63,982 nucleotides of DNA, filler included, from Barthelona sp. PAP020 (GCA_040182905.1; 9 parts of 9 records of this genome joined end to end with filler, not necessarily neighbours in it), one strand, 5' to 3'. Counted from the whole stretch's first letter, positions 20,013 through 31,088 are shown. Program-made: numbers and translations. The notes: generated from the sequence alone by a model not told the origin.

Positions 20013-21215
20013 ATGTCTGTCAATTTGGTAGATAAAACCATTCATAGAATCCTTCCTTTGAAAATAGATGAAAACGAAGTGAAGGTGCTTGATGATGTAC
20101 GATTTATTTGCATGTATGATTGTGGATTTTCACTTGACAGTTATTATTTGGTAATTTGTGATTATTGTCACATTTATGTGTTTGAGGCAATGACTGGAAA
20201 ATTGCAGTGCATTTTGAAAGATCACACATGCGATGTTTGTGGGATTTCCTTTTCGCCAGATGGAGAAAAATTTGCCACATGTTCCTACGATAGTTCTATT
20301 ATTATATATAGCATACGAGATTTCTCCATCTTATGTAAATTGATCAATAACAGTGAAGTTTTTGGAACTTGTTTTTCACCATGTTCTAAATATATTTATT
20401 CTGGTGATAATACTGGAAGTCTTAAGAAGTGGGATATAAATGAAGGAAGTGTTGTTAAAGAATGCCATCTCCATTCAGGTTGGATTTGGAGACTTAAACT
20501 TTCATATGATAGCAAACTTCTTTTAACTGCAAGTGATGATAATACTGTCAAGTTGGTTGACACAGACAATTTCATTGTTGTTCGAACTTTCTGTCATGAC
20601 AGTATTATTAGAGCCATTGAATTTCATCCAACCAAAAGAATTGTCGCTGTTGGGGATGAATCAAAGAAAGTCAAGCTTTGGAACATGGATGATGGATCTC
20701 TTCTTCACACATTTGAAATGGGTGGTGAAGTCTTTTCCCTTCATTTTTTAACATCAAATATCCTGCTTATTATGTCTGGTGATGGTTATATTACTTCATA
20801 CGATGCAGATAGCTATGAGGAGATTCAAAAGGTACATTGTGATTGTGAAAGTTCCTATTTTTCCTGTGCTATATCACCTGACAAAACACAATTATCCTGT
20901 GGAAAATGTTTGAATGGGATAAATAAGATCTATTCAATAGTACCGAAGTATGACCCTTCACATCAGTCTATGCTTATTGAATTATCAAAGGATCTTGGTG
21001 GTTATATATTGTCAAGTCTTGTTTCTATGTGCCTGGATCTTCAAATAATTCGACAATTAGTCGCTGCAGGAATTAATATGAATGAAGAGGAGTACAACAT
21101 GGCCATTAACACTTGCTGGGATTTGATTGATATTAATGAAGCCAATGGTGGTAATATGCATGAATTCAGAGATGAAATTCCCACTGATAGTGATAATGAT
21201 ATTGATGAACATTAA
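20013..21215 (+). CDS. WD40 protein with family-specific C-terminal motif
   Basis: WD repeats (FSPDGEKFATCSYD, LKKWD, VKLWN); C-terminal CWDLIDINEANGGNM. Confidence 0.9.
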   Translation: MSVNLVDKTIHRILPLKIDENEVKVLDDVRFICMYDCGFSLDSYYLVICDYCHIYVFEAMTGKLQCILKDHTCDVCGISFSPDGEKFATCSYDSSIIIYSIRDFSILCKLINNSEVFGTCFSPCSKYIYSGDNTGSLKKWDINEGSVVKECHLHSGWIWRLKLSYDSKLLLTASDDNTVKLVDTDNFIVVRTFCHDSIIRAIEFHPTKRIVAVGDESKKVKLWNMDDGSLLHTFEMGGEVFSLHFLTSNILLIMSGDGYITSYDADSYEEIQKVHCDCESSYFSCAISPDKTQLSCGKCLNGINKIYSIVPKYDPSHQSMLIELSKDLGGYILSSLVSMCLDLQIIRQLVAAGINMNEEEYNMAINTCWDLIDINEANGGNMHEFRDEIPTDSDNDIDEH

Positions 21216-21278
21216 GGGGATTGTCTTGCAAAAAGAATTCTAGTAGAATCATTTTTATAGAAGATAAACAAATGATCG

Positions 21279-21727
21279 AGTTGCATGTACCCCAAACTCT
21301 TACCGAGAACAATAAATGTCTTTATAAGCATTTGTGTTCGTAGCAAAGCGGACGGATTTCACCCAAAAGACAAAATAAACATTGTTTTAGGTTTTATTCT
21401 TGCACTTCTGATTGTTAAATATGATCCAATACATATATAATAATTTATAATAAGAATATGAACGTTACACAAGCTGTAAGTGGGTAAAAATTAGTTTTAT
21501 TTGGTACATAATGAAAGAAAGTGAATTTATCTGATTGATAAGTGAGATCAAGTAGACAATATTCTAAATAGCTCCATATCACTATTTTGTTTAAGTTTCG
21601 CCCTGGGAAAGAACCTTCCTTTTTCCGCAGAAATTGTGAAGCGCAGCGGACATTTCACAAGGAGGGAAAAAGAAAAGCGTGAAGAAATGCGCCAGAATTT
21701 GAATCAAGCAAAATTTCTCGTATTTCA
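21279..21727. repeat. Dispersed repeat family 1, copy c (inverted; blocks 21279-21412 and 21630-21727)
   Basis: Reverse-complement matches to blocks of 7598-8092. Confidence 0.88.
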
Positions 21728-23125
21728 AAANNNNNNNNNNNNNNNNNNNNNNNNNNNNNNNNNNNNNNNNNNNNTTAATTAATTAANNNNNNNNNNNNNN
21801 NNNNNNNNNNNNNNNNNNNNNNNNNNNNNNTTTTGGGGAAAAGTTGCCTTTTGGAGATATAAAAAAGGAGAACGGAAAATTCCTTGGGAAAAATAAATGC
21901 TCCGACTTCGTCAAATCTGATTTTTTTTTTGGAAAAGAAAAGGCCTTTTGAAAGAATATTAAGGAACTGAAATATTCATTTGGTTTTAAGAAAATCAACA
22001 TAGATTTTAGGGACAACAAAGAGCAACATATGTGTTGAATCATAAAAAACCTTAGGCAACACTGTTGATTGAATATATTTTCCTTATGACATATATTTTT
22101 AATCAAATTTTGGAGCCATTTAAATGGTGTAAATTTCAGTTCTTTGATACACCTCTTGAAGTAAGGAAGGTCAAACATCACATAAAAAAAAAAAACAAGG
22201 ATTTTTGACACACGGATGATAATTCAAGACATTCATCAACAAACATCCGTGGAAACCAAATTATTGAGAGTTTCAATTCTGTTTGAATTTTAGATTTTAT
22301 TGAAAATAGCATTCCATAACATTTCTGTGATTTAGGGTGAACAACAGTAAATTGTTTTGAACATAAAAGAAGAGTGAAAATATTGAATAAAGTTTAATAA
22401 AAACATGTCAGGAAGATCCTTTAAATTGTGTGTTTCTCTTCTTGAATCTTGATTATTTGTTTAACTGCTTGAAATGAATTATGTTTCACTCAAACCTTAA
22501 AAATGGATGAAGAAGTAGCTTTTAATCCATCAAATAACTCATTGAGAGATGAAATTATTTCAGAAAATGTTGGTCTTTTATTGGGCTTACGATTAAAATA
22601 GAGACATAAAATAATAACCAATAGCTAATATTAATTCTTAAGATGTAAATGGAAATTAATTTTGCCCAATTTGAGGTTTTGAAAAAAAATTAAAAAGTCT
22701 TTCAAGAGGCTTGAGTCATCATTACTTCACAAAATGTTGTTGCAAATACCCAACAATAAAATAGCATCTAGAGGCATTATTTACAAACATAAATCCTCCG
22801 AATAAATTTGACTACTGTCTCTTTTACAAAAAATTCTTTGCTTTCAGTGCAAAACTTGTAAAAATCACCTAAATATCTTGAAATTTATCGTATATACCTT
22901 CTTCATGTTATTTCTGTCTTTGTGTTGATCAAATCACCTTCTCAATTATTATTTCTGGACAAAATAAAACATTTTTGTTTTTTGTTCCATTTTAGAATAA
23001 CACTTTGGTTGTTAAAAAACGAAAATTAAGGCATCAAAATGGCTATAGATTGTCAAAATGTCAAATTCAACATTCATAAAAATTACATCGATATTCTTCA
23101 AAAAACTATTCATTCTTAATTCTCC

Positions 23126-26100
23126 ATGACAAATCCAGAAACTCTCAAAGAATTTCATGATTTGCTTTTAAAGCCATTCGAAGAAAATGTCTTTGATCAA
23201 TTTCAATTTGATAATCTCTTTTATTTGCTTCCTTCTTTCAATCGAAAACGTTTTATTGATATTATTCGAAAATTATTGCAAAAGAATGTTGACATCTGTG
23301 TTAAAGAAGAAATTTATTATTTAATTCTTGAAATGTTGAATCTATTGATAATTTTTCAACATCTTTCAGAAAACCAAGTAAAAGAAGTTACAAAAACGAA
23401 ATATATCACTTTTGATGGCCTTTTTTCAGGAATGTGTGAAGAAATATCTGTATATATTTTTAAGTTTTTGAAACAACCTCGTTCCAATTTGGTTTTTGTT
23501 ATCTGTGATTTAGAAATATTTGTTCAATTTCATTTTGAGTGTGAGTGTCTTTATAATCAGTTGAAAACAAATTTTTGTTCAGCAATAAAATCTTTTTTCA
23601 AACATGCAAATAACTTCTTTGAAATAATTTCTGATCATGTAAAAGATTTAAACACAAAAATTTGGGAAATAATAAAGTCTGCACGCATAGTTTTTCATTA
23701 TCAGGCTTACTTTTTGAAAGAATCTGACAGAAAAAGCCTATTATCAGAAATATTAGAGGAAGTTAAAAAGACAGAAGACATATTTCTTCAAAATGCTGAA
23801 ATTGAAGGTCCTCCAGAAATTGACGACACTGATTTGGTTTTGTTACATTTTGCAGGTTCAAAAAAAAGTCTAGATTTGGGGCATGGTTGCTTTGGAACTG
23901 TTTTTAGAGCTTTATATAAGGAAAAAGATGTCGCATTCAAACAATTTAACCGTGAAACAGATGTGAATAAAGTAAAGAAAGAATGTTTTGTTGGAAGATT
24001 GAACCATGAACATATTTGCAAGATTCATGGTATCACTAGACAAGACAGTGGGAATTTTGGCATTGTGATGGAATATTGTCCAAGCTCGCTTGATCAAAAC
24101 ATTCCCAGAATGACAGTTATTGAAAGGGTTGAAAGTGCTTTGCAGATAGCAAAGGCTCTTGAGCATTGTCACAATAATGGTATTGTTCATAGAGATGTAA
24201 AACCTGATAATATGCTGATTAGAGATGAAACAGCTATGCTTTGTGATTTTGGTTTGGTTGGTGTTTATGAGAATGGAAGACCCAAGTTTTCGGATAGTAA
24301 ATATATGCCACCTGAGATCTTCCACAAAAGTAGTGTTTCTGTTCATCCCAGCGTGGATTCATATGCTTTTGGGGTATCATTCTTTCAAATAATGACAGGA
24401 CTTTCCCCTTTTGAGCAACCTGAAAATAAAAAACCAAATAATAAGCTGCCTCTTCATCAAGTGAATTGTAATGTTTCAAAATGCAAGAATTCTTTATCTA
24501 AAGAAATTCTTTTTTTGGAAGAGGAGATTTGTTGGATTCCTGGGTATGAATTCATGTTGAAGTGTTTGGATCACAAACCAGAGAAAAGACCCTTGTTTTG
24601 TAAAATTATTGACTATCTCGGGGAGCTATTGATCAAATTAAAAATTTTATACCAAAACAGTTCATCAAAGTCAGTTTTATATGAAGGACGTGGAGTTATT
24701 CCTCATTTTGTTTCCAATAGTATTTTAAAGAACAGTTTGAAAGAAATAAACATCTTAAAAGAATTACATCATTTTGCTTTGAATGGAAACTTTAAAGAAG
24801 TGATGCGTTTAATTAATGAAAACAAAAAAGATGTGGATGAGCAAGATGATTTGGGTAACCGCCCTCTGGATTATGCTTGTGTTTTGGGAAAGCGAAACAT
24901 TGATTTAATTGGATTTTTGTTGAGTAAAGGTGCTAATGTTGATTTGGGTGGAAATGACAAAGATTCTCCATTGTTCATTAGTTGTCAATTTGGTCATCTT
25001 GATGTTGCCCAAATGCTCTTGGATCATGGGGCTGATGTTAATTTGTGTGTGAATAATGGTGCTTCTCCATTGTACATTAGTTGTCAAAATGGTCATTTTG
25101 ATGTTGCCAAAATGCTCTTGGATCATGGGGCTGATGTTAATTTGTGTATGAATAACGGTGCTTTTGCATTGTCTATCAGTTGTCAAGAAGGTCATCTTGA
25201 TGTAGTTAAGATGCTCTTGAATCATGGCGCTGATGTTAATCTGTGCAATAATAACGGTGCTTCTCCATTGTATATCACTTGTCTTCGAGGTCATCTTGAT
25301 GTTGTCAAAATGCTCTTAGAGGATCATAGGGTTAATGCCAATCAATGCACTAAAGATGGTGCTTCTCCATTGTATATTAGTTGTCAAAAAGGTCATCTTG
25401 ATGTTGCCAAAATGCTCTTAGAGGATCATGGAGTAGATGCCAATCAATGCACTAAAGATGGTTGCTCTCCATTGTATATTTGTTGTGTTTTTGGTCATCT
25501 TGATGTTGCCAGAATGCTCTTGGATCATGGGGCTGATGTTAATTTGTGTAAGGACGGTGGATTTTCTCCATTGTTTATTAGTTGTCAAAAAGATCATCTT
25601 GATGTTGCCAAAATGCTCTTGGATCATGGCGCTGATGTTAATTTGTGTATGAATAATGGTATTTCTCCATTGTACATCAGTTGTGAACAAGGTCATGTTG
25701 ATGTTGCCAAAATGCTCTTGGAATATGGGGCTGATATTAATTTGTGCAATAATAACGGTGCTTCTCCATTGTACATCAGTTGTTATCAAGGTCATCTTGA
25801 TGTTGCCAGAATGCTCTTGGATCATGGGGTTGATGTTAATTTGTGTAAGAATGATGGTGCTTCTGCATTGTGCATGAGCTGTCAAAATGGTCATCTTGAT
25901 GTTGCCAGAATGCTCTTGGATCATGGCGCTGATGTTAATTTGTGTCCTGATGATGGTGCTTCGCCACTGTTGGTCAGTTGTTATCAAGGTCATCTTGATG
26001 TTGCCCAAATGCTCTTGGATCATGGGGCTGATGTTAATTTGTGTATGAATAATGGTGCTTCTCCATTGTGCATGAGTTGTGAAAATGGTTATCTTGATGT

Positions 26101-26524
26101 TGTCAAAATGCTCTTGGATCATGGGGCTGATGTTAATTTGTGTACGAATGATGGTGTTTCTCCATTATACATGAGTTGTTATCAAGGTCATCTTGATGTT
26201 GCGAAAATGCTCTTGGATCATGGGGCCAATGTCAAATTATGTATGAATAATGGTGAGTCGCCATTATTTGTGAGTTGTGAATGTGGTCATGTTAATATCG
26301 CTAAAATGCTCTTAGATCTTGGGGAGGATATTAATTTGTGTAGAAATGATGGCACTTCTCCATTGTTCATTAGTTGTCAGAATGGGCATATTGATGTTGC
26401 TAAAATGCTTTTGTTTCATAAAGCCAATGTCAACCTCAAAACTGAAGGGTTGACACCAATAGATATTGCCCGAACCAATGGTCATACCCAGATTGTAGAG
26501 CTTTTACGTCCCTTCTACAATTGA
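23126..26524 (+). CDS. Helical N-terminal domain + TKL-type kinase + ~18 ankyrin repeats
   Basis: GHGCFG, VAFK, HRDVKPDN, DFG, YMPPE; repeats GASPLYISCxxGHLDVAKMLLDHGADVN. Confidence 0.95.
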   Translation: MTNPETLKEFHDLLLKPFEENVFDQFQFDNLFYLLPSFNRKRFIDIIRKLLQKNVDICVKEEIYYLILEMLNLLIIFQHLSENQVKEVTKTKYITFDGLFSGMCEEISVYIFKFLKQPRSNLVFVICDLEIFVQFHFECECLYNQLKTNFCSAIKSFFKHANNFFEIISDHVKDLNTKIWEIIKSARIVFHYQAYFLKESDRKSLLSEILEEVKKTEDIFLQNAEIEGPPEIDDTDLVLLHFAGSKKSLDLGHGCFGTVFRALYKEKDVAFKQFNRETDVNKVKKECFVGRLNHEHICKIHGITRQDSGNFGIVMEYCPSSLDQNIPRMTVIERVESALQIAKALEHCHNNGIVHRDVKPDNMLIRDETAMLCDFGLVGVYENGRPKFSDSKYMPPEIFHKSSVSVHPSVDSYAFGVSFFQIMTGLSPFEQPENKKPNNKLPLHQVNCNVSKCKNSLSKEILFLEEEICWIPGYEFMLKCLDHKPEKRPLFCKIIDYLGELLIKLKILYQNSSSKSVLYEGRGVIPHFVSNSILKNSLKEINILKELHHFALNGNFKEVMRLINENKKDVDEQDDLGNRPLDYACVLGKRNIDLIGFLLSKGANVDLGGNDKDSPLFISCQFGHLDVAQMLLDHGADVNLCVNNGASPLYISCQNGHFDVAKMLLDHGADVNLCMNNGAFALSISCQEGHLDVVKMLLNHGADVNLCNNNGASPLYITCLRGHLDVVKMLLEDHRVNANQCTKDGASPLYISCQKGHLDVAKMLLEDHGVDANQCTKDGCSPLYICCVFGHLDVARMLLDHGADVNLCKDGGFSPLFISCQKDHLDVAKMLLDHGADVNLCMNNGISPLYISCEQGHVDVAKMLLEYGADINLCNNNGASPLYISCYQGHLDVARMLLDHGVDVNLCKNDGASALCMSCQNGHLDVARMLLDHGADVNLCPDDGASPLLVSCYQGHLDVAQMLLDHGADVNLCMNNGASPLCMSCENGYLDVVKMLLDHGADVNLCTNDGVSPLYMSCYQGHLDVAKMLLDHGANVKLCMNNGESPLFVSCECGHVNIAKMLLDLGEDINLCRNDGTSPLFISCQNGHIDVAKMLLFHKANVNLKTEGLTPIDIARTNGHTQIVELLRPFYN
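24962..26435 (+). repeat. Coding tandem array of 15 x 99-bp (two 102-bp) ankyrin units with high nucleotide identity
   Basis: Recurrent GGTCATCTTGATGTTGCCAAAATGCTCTTGGATCATGGGGCTGATGTTAATTTGTG. Confidence 0.95.
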
Positions 26525-26623
26525 TCCAATGCTTTCCTTTTTAACAGGCCTCACACTCTTTCATTCAACTTTGCACAATAGAGATGATTTCATTATATTG
26601 CTTTTGGTGTTCACTAATTTTAC

Positions 26624-26915
26624 CTATTTATAAATCAAATGCTGAACATTATCACTGAGTACCTGTAGCAGGGTCAAGAACTCCGCCAGAAGCCAAGATA
26701 GTCTGTACCTGATGCAAGAGCAAAATGTGTGCTTGACGTAGGGAGAAACCCTTTGCAGACACTTGTTGAAGAAAGTCGAGACTGCCTGTGAAAAAAGACC
26801 AGTCTCTGAAAACACCAAAGGAACAACAGTGTCACCGAACTTGCACTTGCGTCTTTCAGTATACTCGGTTGAGTTGGCGATACTGATGTCATAGAGCTTC
26901 ACAACCTTGATTTTA
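26624..26915 (-). mobile_element. 3' remnant of an RLE-type (CRE/SLACS-like) non-LTR retrotransposon
   Basis: YDISIANSTEYTERRKCKFGDTVVPLVFSETGLFSQAVSTFF...RYRLS resembles the D(V/I)(T/S)...E..K..KY...PLVFExxG restriction-like endonuclease tail; GC-richer than flanks. Confidence 0.6.
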
Positions 26916-28203
26916 AGCATTTTTTAAAGAAATGATTGTGAAAGACACAAAATACTTTGTGACGATTGACAAATGCTAAACAATGCATTTTCTGTAAATG
27001 AAACGAAGAAAACTTGGAAAACCTCCTATAAAACTATTCTTTTATATATTCACACTTTTTTTCAACAAACTTCTTGTACAAATCGTTTGATATAGTTTAA
27101 AGACATTTGCACATGTTTACTTTGTACAAATAAACAAAGGTAAATACTTCTGTTGCGATAATCATTGGATAAAACAAACTTTACAAAAAGACCAAGACAA
27201 ATTTTATGTTTGAACAAAGTGAATAACACCATATTTTCATTAATGTTCTTGAATATGATTGATGTGTGTTTAACTTCTTTTTTTAGGTCATCTCTGATGG
27301 ATTCAACAGATAAAAACGAAATAAAAATTCAATTATTTGTTAGTTTGACACATAAATAGCTTTTAGGGATAAAACTCTTTGTGATTGCTTTTTTGCTTTT
27401 TCAAAATTGCTTTCCAAACCAAATATTCGGATATTTTATGTTTTGAAATCATTTTTGAGTAATAATATCATTCAACATTGCATCGTAACTTTCATTTGAT
27501 TAGTTCTCCATTATTTCCATGATTGGTTGTCTTTTCTTTTGATTAGATGGTTTGGAGCTTTGAAATGATCGTGGTATTGATAACCGTTAACATATTACTT
27601 TATTGTCAGTTGTACATCATCAACAACATTATTTATAAAAAATAAAGTGGTTTTAGGTCACTCCAAAGACATTTACATAATATTATCTGCGTCTATTTTC
27701 CGTTTCTTATTTCTTATCTTTCAAGCTGTATTATCATCTGATACTCTTTGATTAAGTATGGTTCTACAGCATAACACCATTTCTTAATTGGTAGTCAAGT
27801 CATCCAAAGCTTTTCTGAGCTGGTATATTTCCGTTAGAAGAAATCCACCTTTTGTGATTCTAGGCTATTCATACATTTTAACTTAATGAATTTTTTTATA
27901 ATTAGTCTTTCTTTAGCTTGAACTTGTATCCAGCGTGATTTGTGACTTGACCAGTGTCGCTTTTGAAACTGGTGTCTTTTCCTTCCATTCTAGCGGTATT
28001 GCTGATATTTGATATTTTGGTTAGTTTTTGATTGGATAAAACAAAAAGGAATTAGCCATTCCCCTTTTATTCTGGTTATTTGACTTGAATACACTAACTG
28101 TGAAGTGTGATGAAGTTAGTTTATATCTTTCATTATTTACCAAAATTATTATCGGTCGTCTGGTCATGTTACCAACAGCGACATTATTAAATGACTCTAA
28201 CTC

Positions 28204-28320
28204 AGAAAAATCTATAGTTTTTCAACAGATCAATCGGGTCTCGAAAGCCTTTAACCAAATAAACACTGTTCTTTTTTTTTTCACTCATACCCACAGTGCT
28301 TCTTGGCTTGGAAATAAATT
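28204..28320 (+). repeat. Dispersed repeat family 2, 3' fragment
   Basis: GTTTTTCAACAGATCAATCGGG.CTCGAAAG...CACAGTGCTTCTTGG. Confidence 0.92.
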
Positions 28321-28554
28321 CCCATAAATAGAGAGCGATACTTATGCAACATAAGCAAAAAAAAAAAAAAAACTTAAAAAATGTGGAAGTTCATGCTCAA
28401 TGAACGGAATTTATTGGAGATATAAAGNNNNNNNNNNAATGTGGAAGTTCATGCTCAATGAACGGAATTTATTGGAGATATAAAGAGGTCATCAAATATC
28501 ACTTCCTTTATTTGTTGTTTCTTGACCACTTTTAGGTCCAATTTTTTTAAGTTA

Positions 28555-29028
28555 CTTGGGCATCTGAATCCACGTGAGTTTTTCCCAAACCTTAAGCTAA
28601 CTCGTTTCGTTGTTCACTGAACGACTCATACCTCATAAATATCTAATAATTGGTCCAGTTGTGAAACAACTATATTTATTTACAAAGAAAGTAGACTCAG
28701 AAAACTCATTCTAGCAAATTTCAGTCAAAATCCTAGGAGGGGAATTGAGGGACTGAAATGTAATTTGAACGATCAAGCAGGAGAATTTTGGAGAAATTCT
28801 TCATTCCTATTTTTTTTTTGGATTTTTGCAAAAGCAAAAATTTAAAGTCTAAACTTTGCCTTAGAAAATCTAAAGTTTTTCAACAGATCAATCGGGCCTC
28901 GAAAGCCTTTAACCAAATAAACACTTTTCTTTTTTATTAGATATTTATGAGGTATGAGTTGTTCAGTGAACAACGAAACGAGTTAGCTTAAGGTTTGGGG
29001 AAAACTCACGTGGATTCAGATGCCCAAG
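28555..29028. mobile_element. Inverted-repeat composite: 95-bp arms (28555-28649, 28934-29028) enclosing a family-2 core
   Basis: Arms are reverse complements with 2 mismatches; right arm is cut by the contig end. Confidence 0.8.
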
Positions 29029-29128
29029 NNNNNNNNNNNNNNNNNNNNNNNNNNNNNNNNNNNNNNNNNNNNTTAATTAATTAANNNNNNNNNNNNNNNN
29101 NNNNNNNNNNNNNNNNNNNNNNNNNNNN

Positions 29129-29251
29129 GCTTGTGGCATTTGTATGAGTGTGGAAGAATACAAGATGATTGTTGACACTTGTTGGGATTTGGTTGATATC
29201 AATGAAAGCAAAGGTGGGAATATGCATTGCTATCGTGAGATTGTGGATTGA
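29129..29251 (+). CDS. 3' fragment of a paralog of the WD40 gene at 20013-21215
   Basis: ACGICMSVEEYKMIVDTCWDLVDINESKGGNMHCYRE vs AAGINMNEEEYNMAINTCWDLIDINEANGGNMHEFRD. Confidence 0.88.
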   Translation, partial: ACGICMSVEEYKMIVDTCWDLVDINESKGGNMHCYREIVD

Positions 29252-29603
29252 TACCATGAATTTAACAATGATGAGCAGCAAAATAAATTTTCTAAAGAAG
29301 AACACCATAAAGAAATGACAATGATTTTTTTTTTAAACACTCAATACAAACCCATTTATGCATCTTTTGGTAGAGAGGTGAAAATGTCGATACCAAATAA
29401 GTTCATGGAAAAATTTGTCCTTTTGATCAATTATTTGGTTTCAGTCAAATAATTATGAAGGAAAAAAAAAATTCTCAAACTTTAACCATGAATCAATTAA
29501 AAAATTATGTCAAACTACTCTGCATTACAATCACAAGAATAAAGTCAAGACTTAACAAAAAGAAAATTATTCTTTTTTACAGAAATAATAAAATAAACCA
29601 CAA

Positions 29604-30821
29604 TCAATTAATTTTTTGGATCTTTAAATCCCTATTGGAGTTGTTTTTTGATTTCACTTTTGTGATGGAATTTATTTTTTGAAATGCACCTTTTAAAATA
29701 GAATGAACAAACGTTTCCGCCTTATCCAATAAAGGAGCAATAACAAAAAGAAGCAAAATCAACAAAGAATTGATTAAACAACAATAACCAGTATCACACA
29801 ATGTGTAACCATTTTCAACTACAATAACTTTTTGTTTCAATGCATATTGCCAAATGTTTCCTGCAACAATATGCAATAATAAATGGGATAAATAGAGTGA
29901 ATAAGAATATTTGCTCAAAAATAGACAAAAGTTGAAAGAGAAAAATTTGGAGACAAATCCCTTTTCCAAAATCATTAAAAGGACAAATGAACCAAGAATA
30001 AATGGTGTAATTACATCATATAACAATAATTCACCTCTTTTCAACAAAACTGTTAAAATAGAAAAAACATTGAAAATCTCCAATATGGTGAAAACAACAC
30101 AATTGTTGCAAAACTTCAAAAATGTTCGAATTTTCCCTCCTCTTTCTTTCTTTTCTTCTGTAACTTTTTTTAAGATAAAATGCAAACTTATTCCCAAAAA
30201 GAATGCTGAAAAACTACGTTGAAATCCATACAAATGAATGTTCTTTGGATCATAATTTGGAAAAGTAAACAAAAATAGATAACTAACAAACGTAAAGAAC
30301 AAGGAAATATCAATCATCAGATCACAACTGAATAATGTGTTCATCAAGGCAAAAATCCAATGAACCCAAAATTGAGTACTAACACTCCATGAAGGTTCAT
30401 TCCAAGTCTTTGTATTATGAACACCTAAACCATGAGTTAAAAAAACAGTAGAGATTAAATACAAAAAATTTTTTCCATCAATAAAAGCGATTTCAGATTC
30501 ATTATAATGGAATAAAAGGATAATAAAATATTTAATTAAAGCATAAAAAAACCAAAAAATAAGTAAAATAATATGCAAAGGATATAATCGAAGAAATTTC
30601 TTTTTTATATAATCAAATAATGAAAATTTTGTTTGAAATCCGTATGTATAATAGGCAGTGAATCCTGAAATTATAAAAAAATAATCAATAAAAATAAAAG
30701 AATTGCCAATCATAACATTTTTCTCCCTATTTACAAACGGGGAATGTAATAGCACAAGAAAAATTGCTGCAATTCCTCGAGTTCCTTCAAGACTTCGATA
30801 AATTTTCATTTCATGTGTCAT
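29604..30821 (-). CDS. Acyltransferase-3 (OafA/Oac-like) membrane O-acyltransferase
   Basis: SLEGTRGIAAIFLVLLH, DYFFIISGF, KFLRLYPLH, WNEPSWSVS, SYSLYLSH; many hydrophobic helices. Confidence 0.9.
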   Translation of the reverse strand: MTHEMKIYRSLEGTRGIAAIFLVLLHSPFVNREKNVMIGNSFIFIDYFFIISGFTAYYTYGFQTKFSLFDYIKKKFLRLYPLHIILLIFWFFYALIKYFIILLFHYNESEIAFIDGKNFLYLISTVFLTHGLGVHNTKTWNEPSWSVSTQFWVHWIFALMNTLFSCDLMIDISLFFTFVSYLFLFTFPNYDPKNIHLYGFQRSFSAFFLGISLHFILKKVTEEKKERGGKIRTFLKFCNNCVVFTILEIFNVFSILTVLLKRGELLLYDVITPFILGSFVLLMILEKGFVSKFFSFNFCLFLSKYSYSLYLSHLLLHIVAGNIWQYALKQKVIVVENGYTLCDTGYCCLINSLLILLLFVIAPLLDKAETFVHSILKGAFQKINSITKVKSKNNSNRDLKIQKIN

Positions 30822-31088
30822 TAGAGGAAAAGTAAATTTTGTTTCAAAATAACTTATTTTTTATTTCAACAATCGTATTTGTTTTTCAGCATTTAGAATA
30901 ATGCAATGATAAATCTTCAACCAAAAAAGAAACATTCGGTTTATTATTCGCCCTCTTTTTTATTTTTGGTAAATTCTTTAACTCCTTGAAAAAAATAATT
31001 GGTTATCTGCTTATTTATTAGTTTATTCATTTATTTTATAAAAAAACAATAAAGAAAATATCTTTAAATACTTTTTTTTAAATATTTA

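Noticed and set aside
25418..26122. Long antisense/overlapping ORFs (also 10242-10931, 11541-11972, 6464-6928)
   Set aside because: Shadows of repetitive or codon-biased genes on the opposite strand
24962..26435. CRISPR array or DGR-type variable repeat
   Set aside because: Units are in-frame ankyrin codons, changes are not adenine-specific, and no template repeat, RT or cas gene is present
27100..28100. Possible decayed transposase or viral gene
   Set aside because: Coding-like patches but many stops in the frames I read and no recognisable motif
28292..28320. CACAGTG as RSS/Transib terminus
   Set aside because: No convincing nonamer and no matching inverted end; it lies inside the repeat
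28380..28484. ~47-bp direct repeat across a 10-N gap
   Set aside because: Typical unmerged contig overlap
28945..29012. Hammerhead-like ATGA-stem-GAAAC in the inverted arm
   Set aside because: CUGA core and properly placed UH cleavage site are missing; the other arm has a stem mismatch
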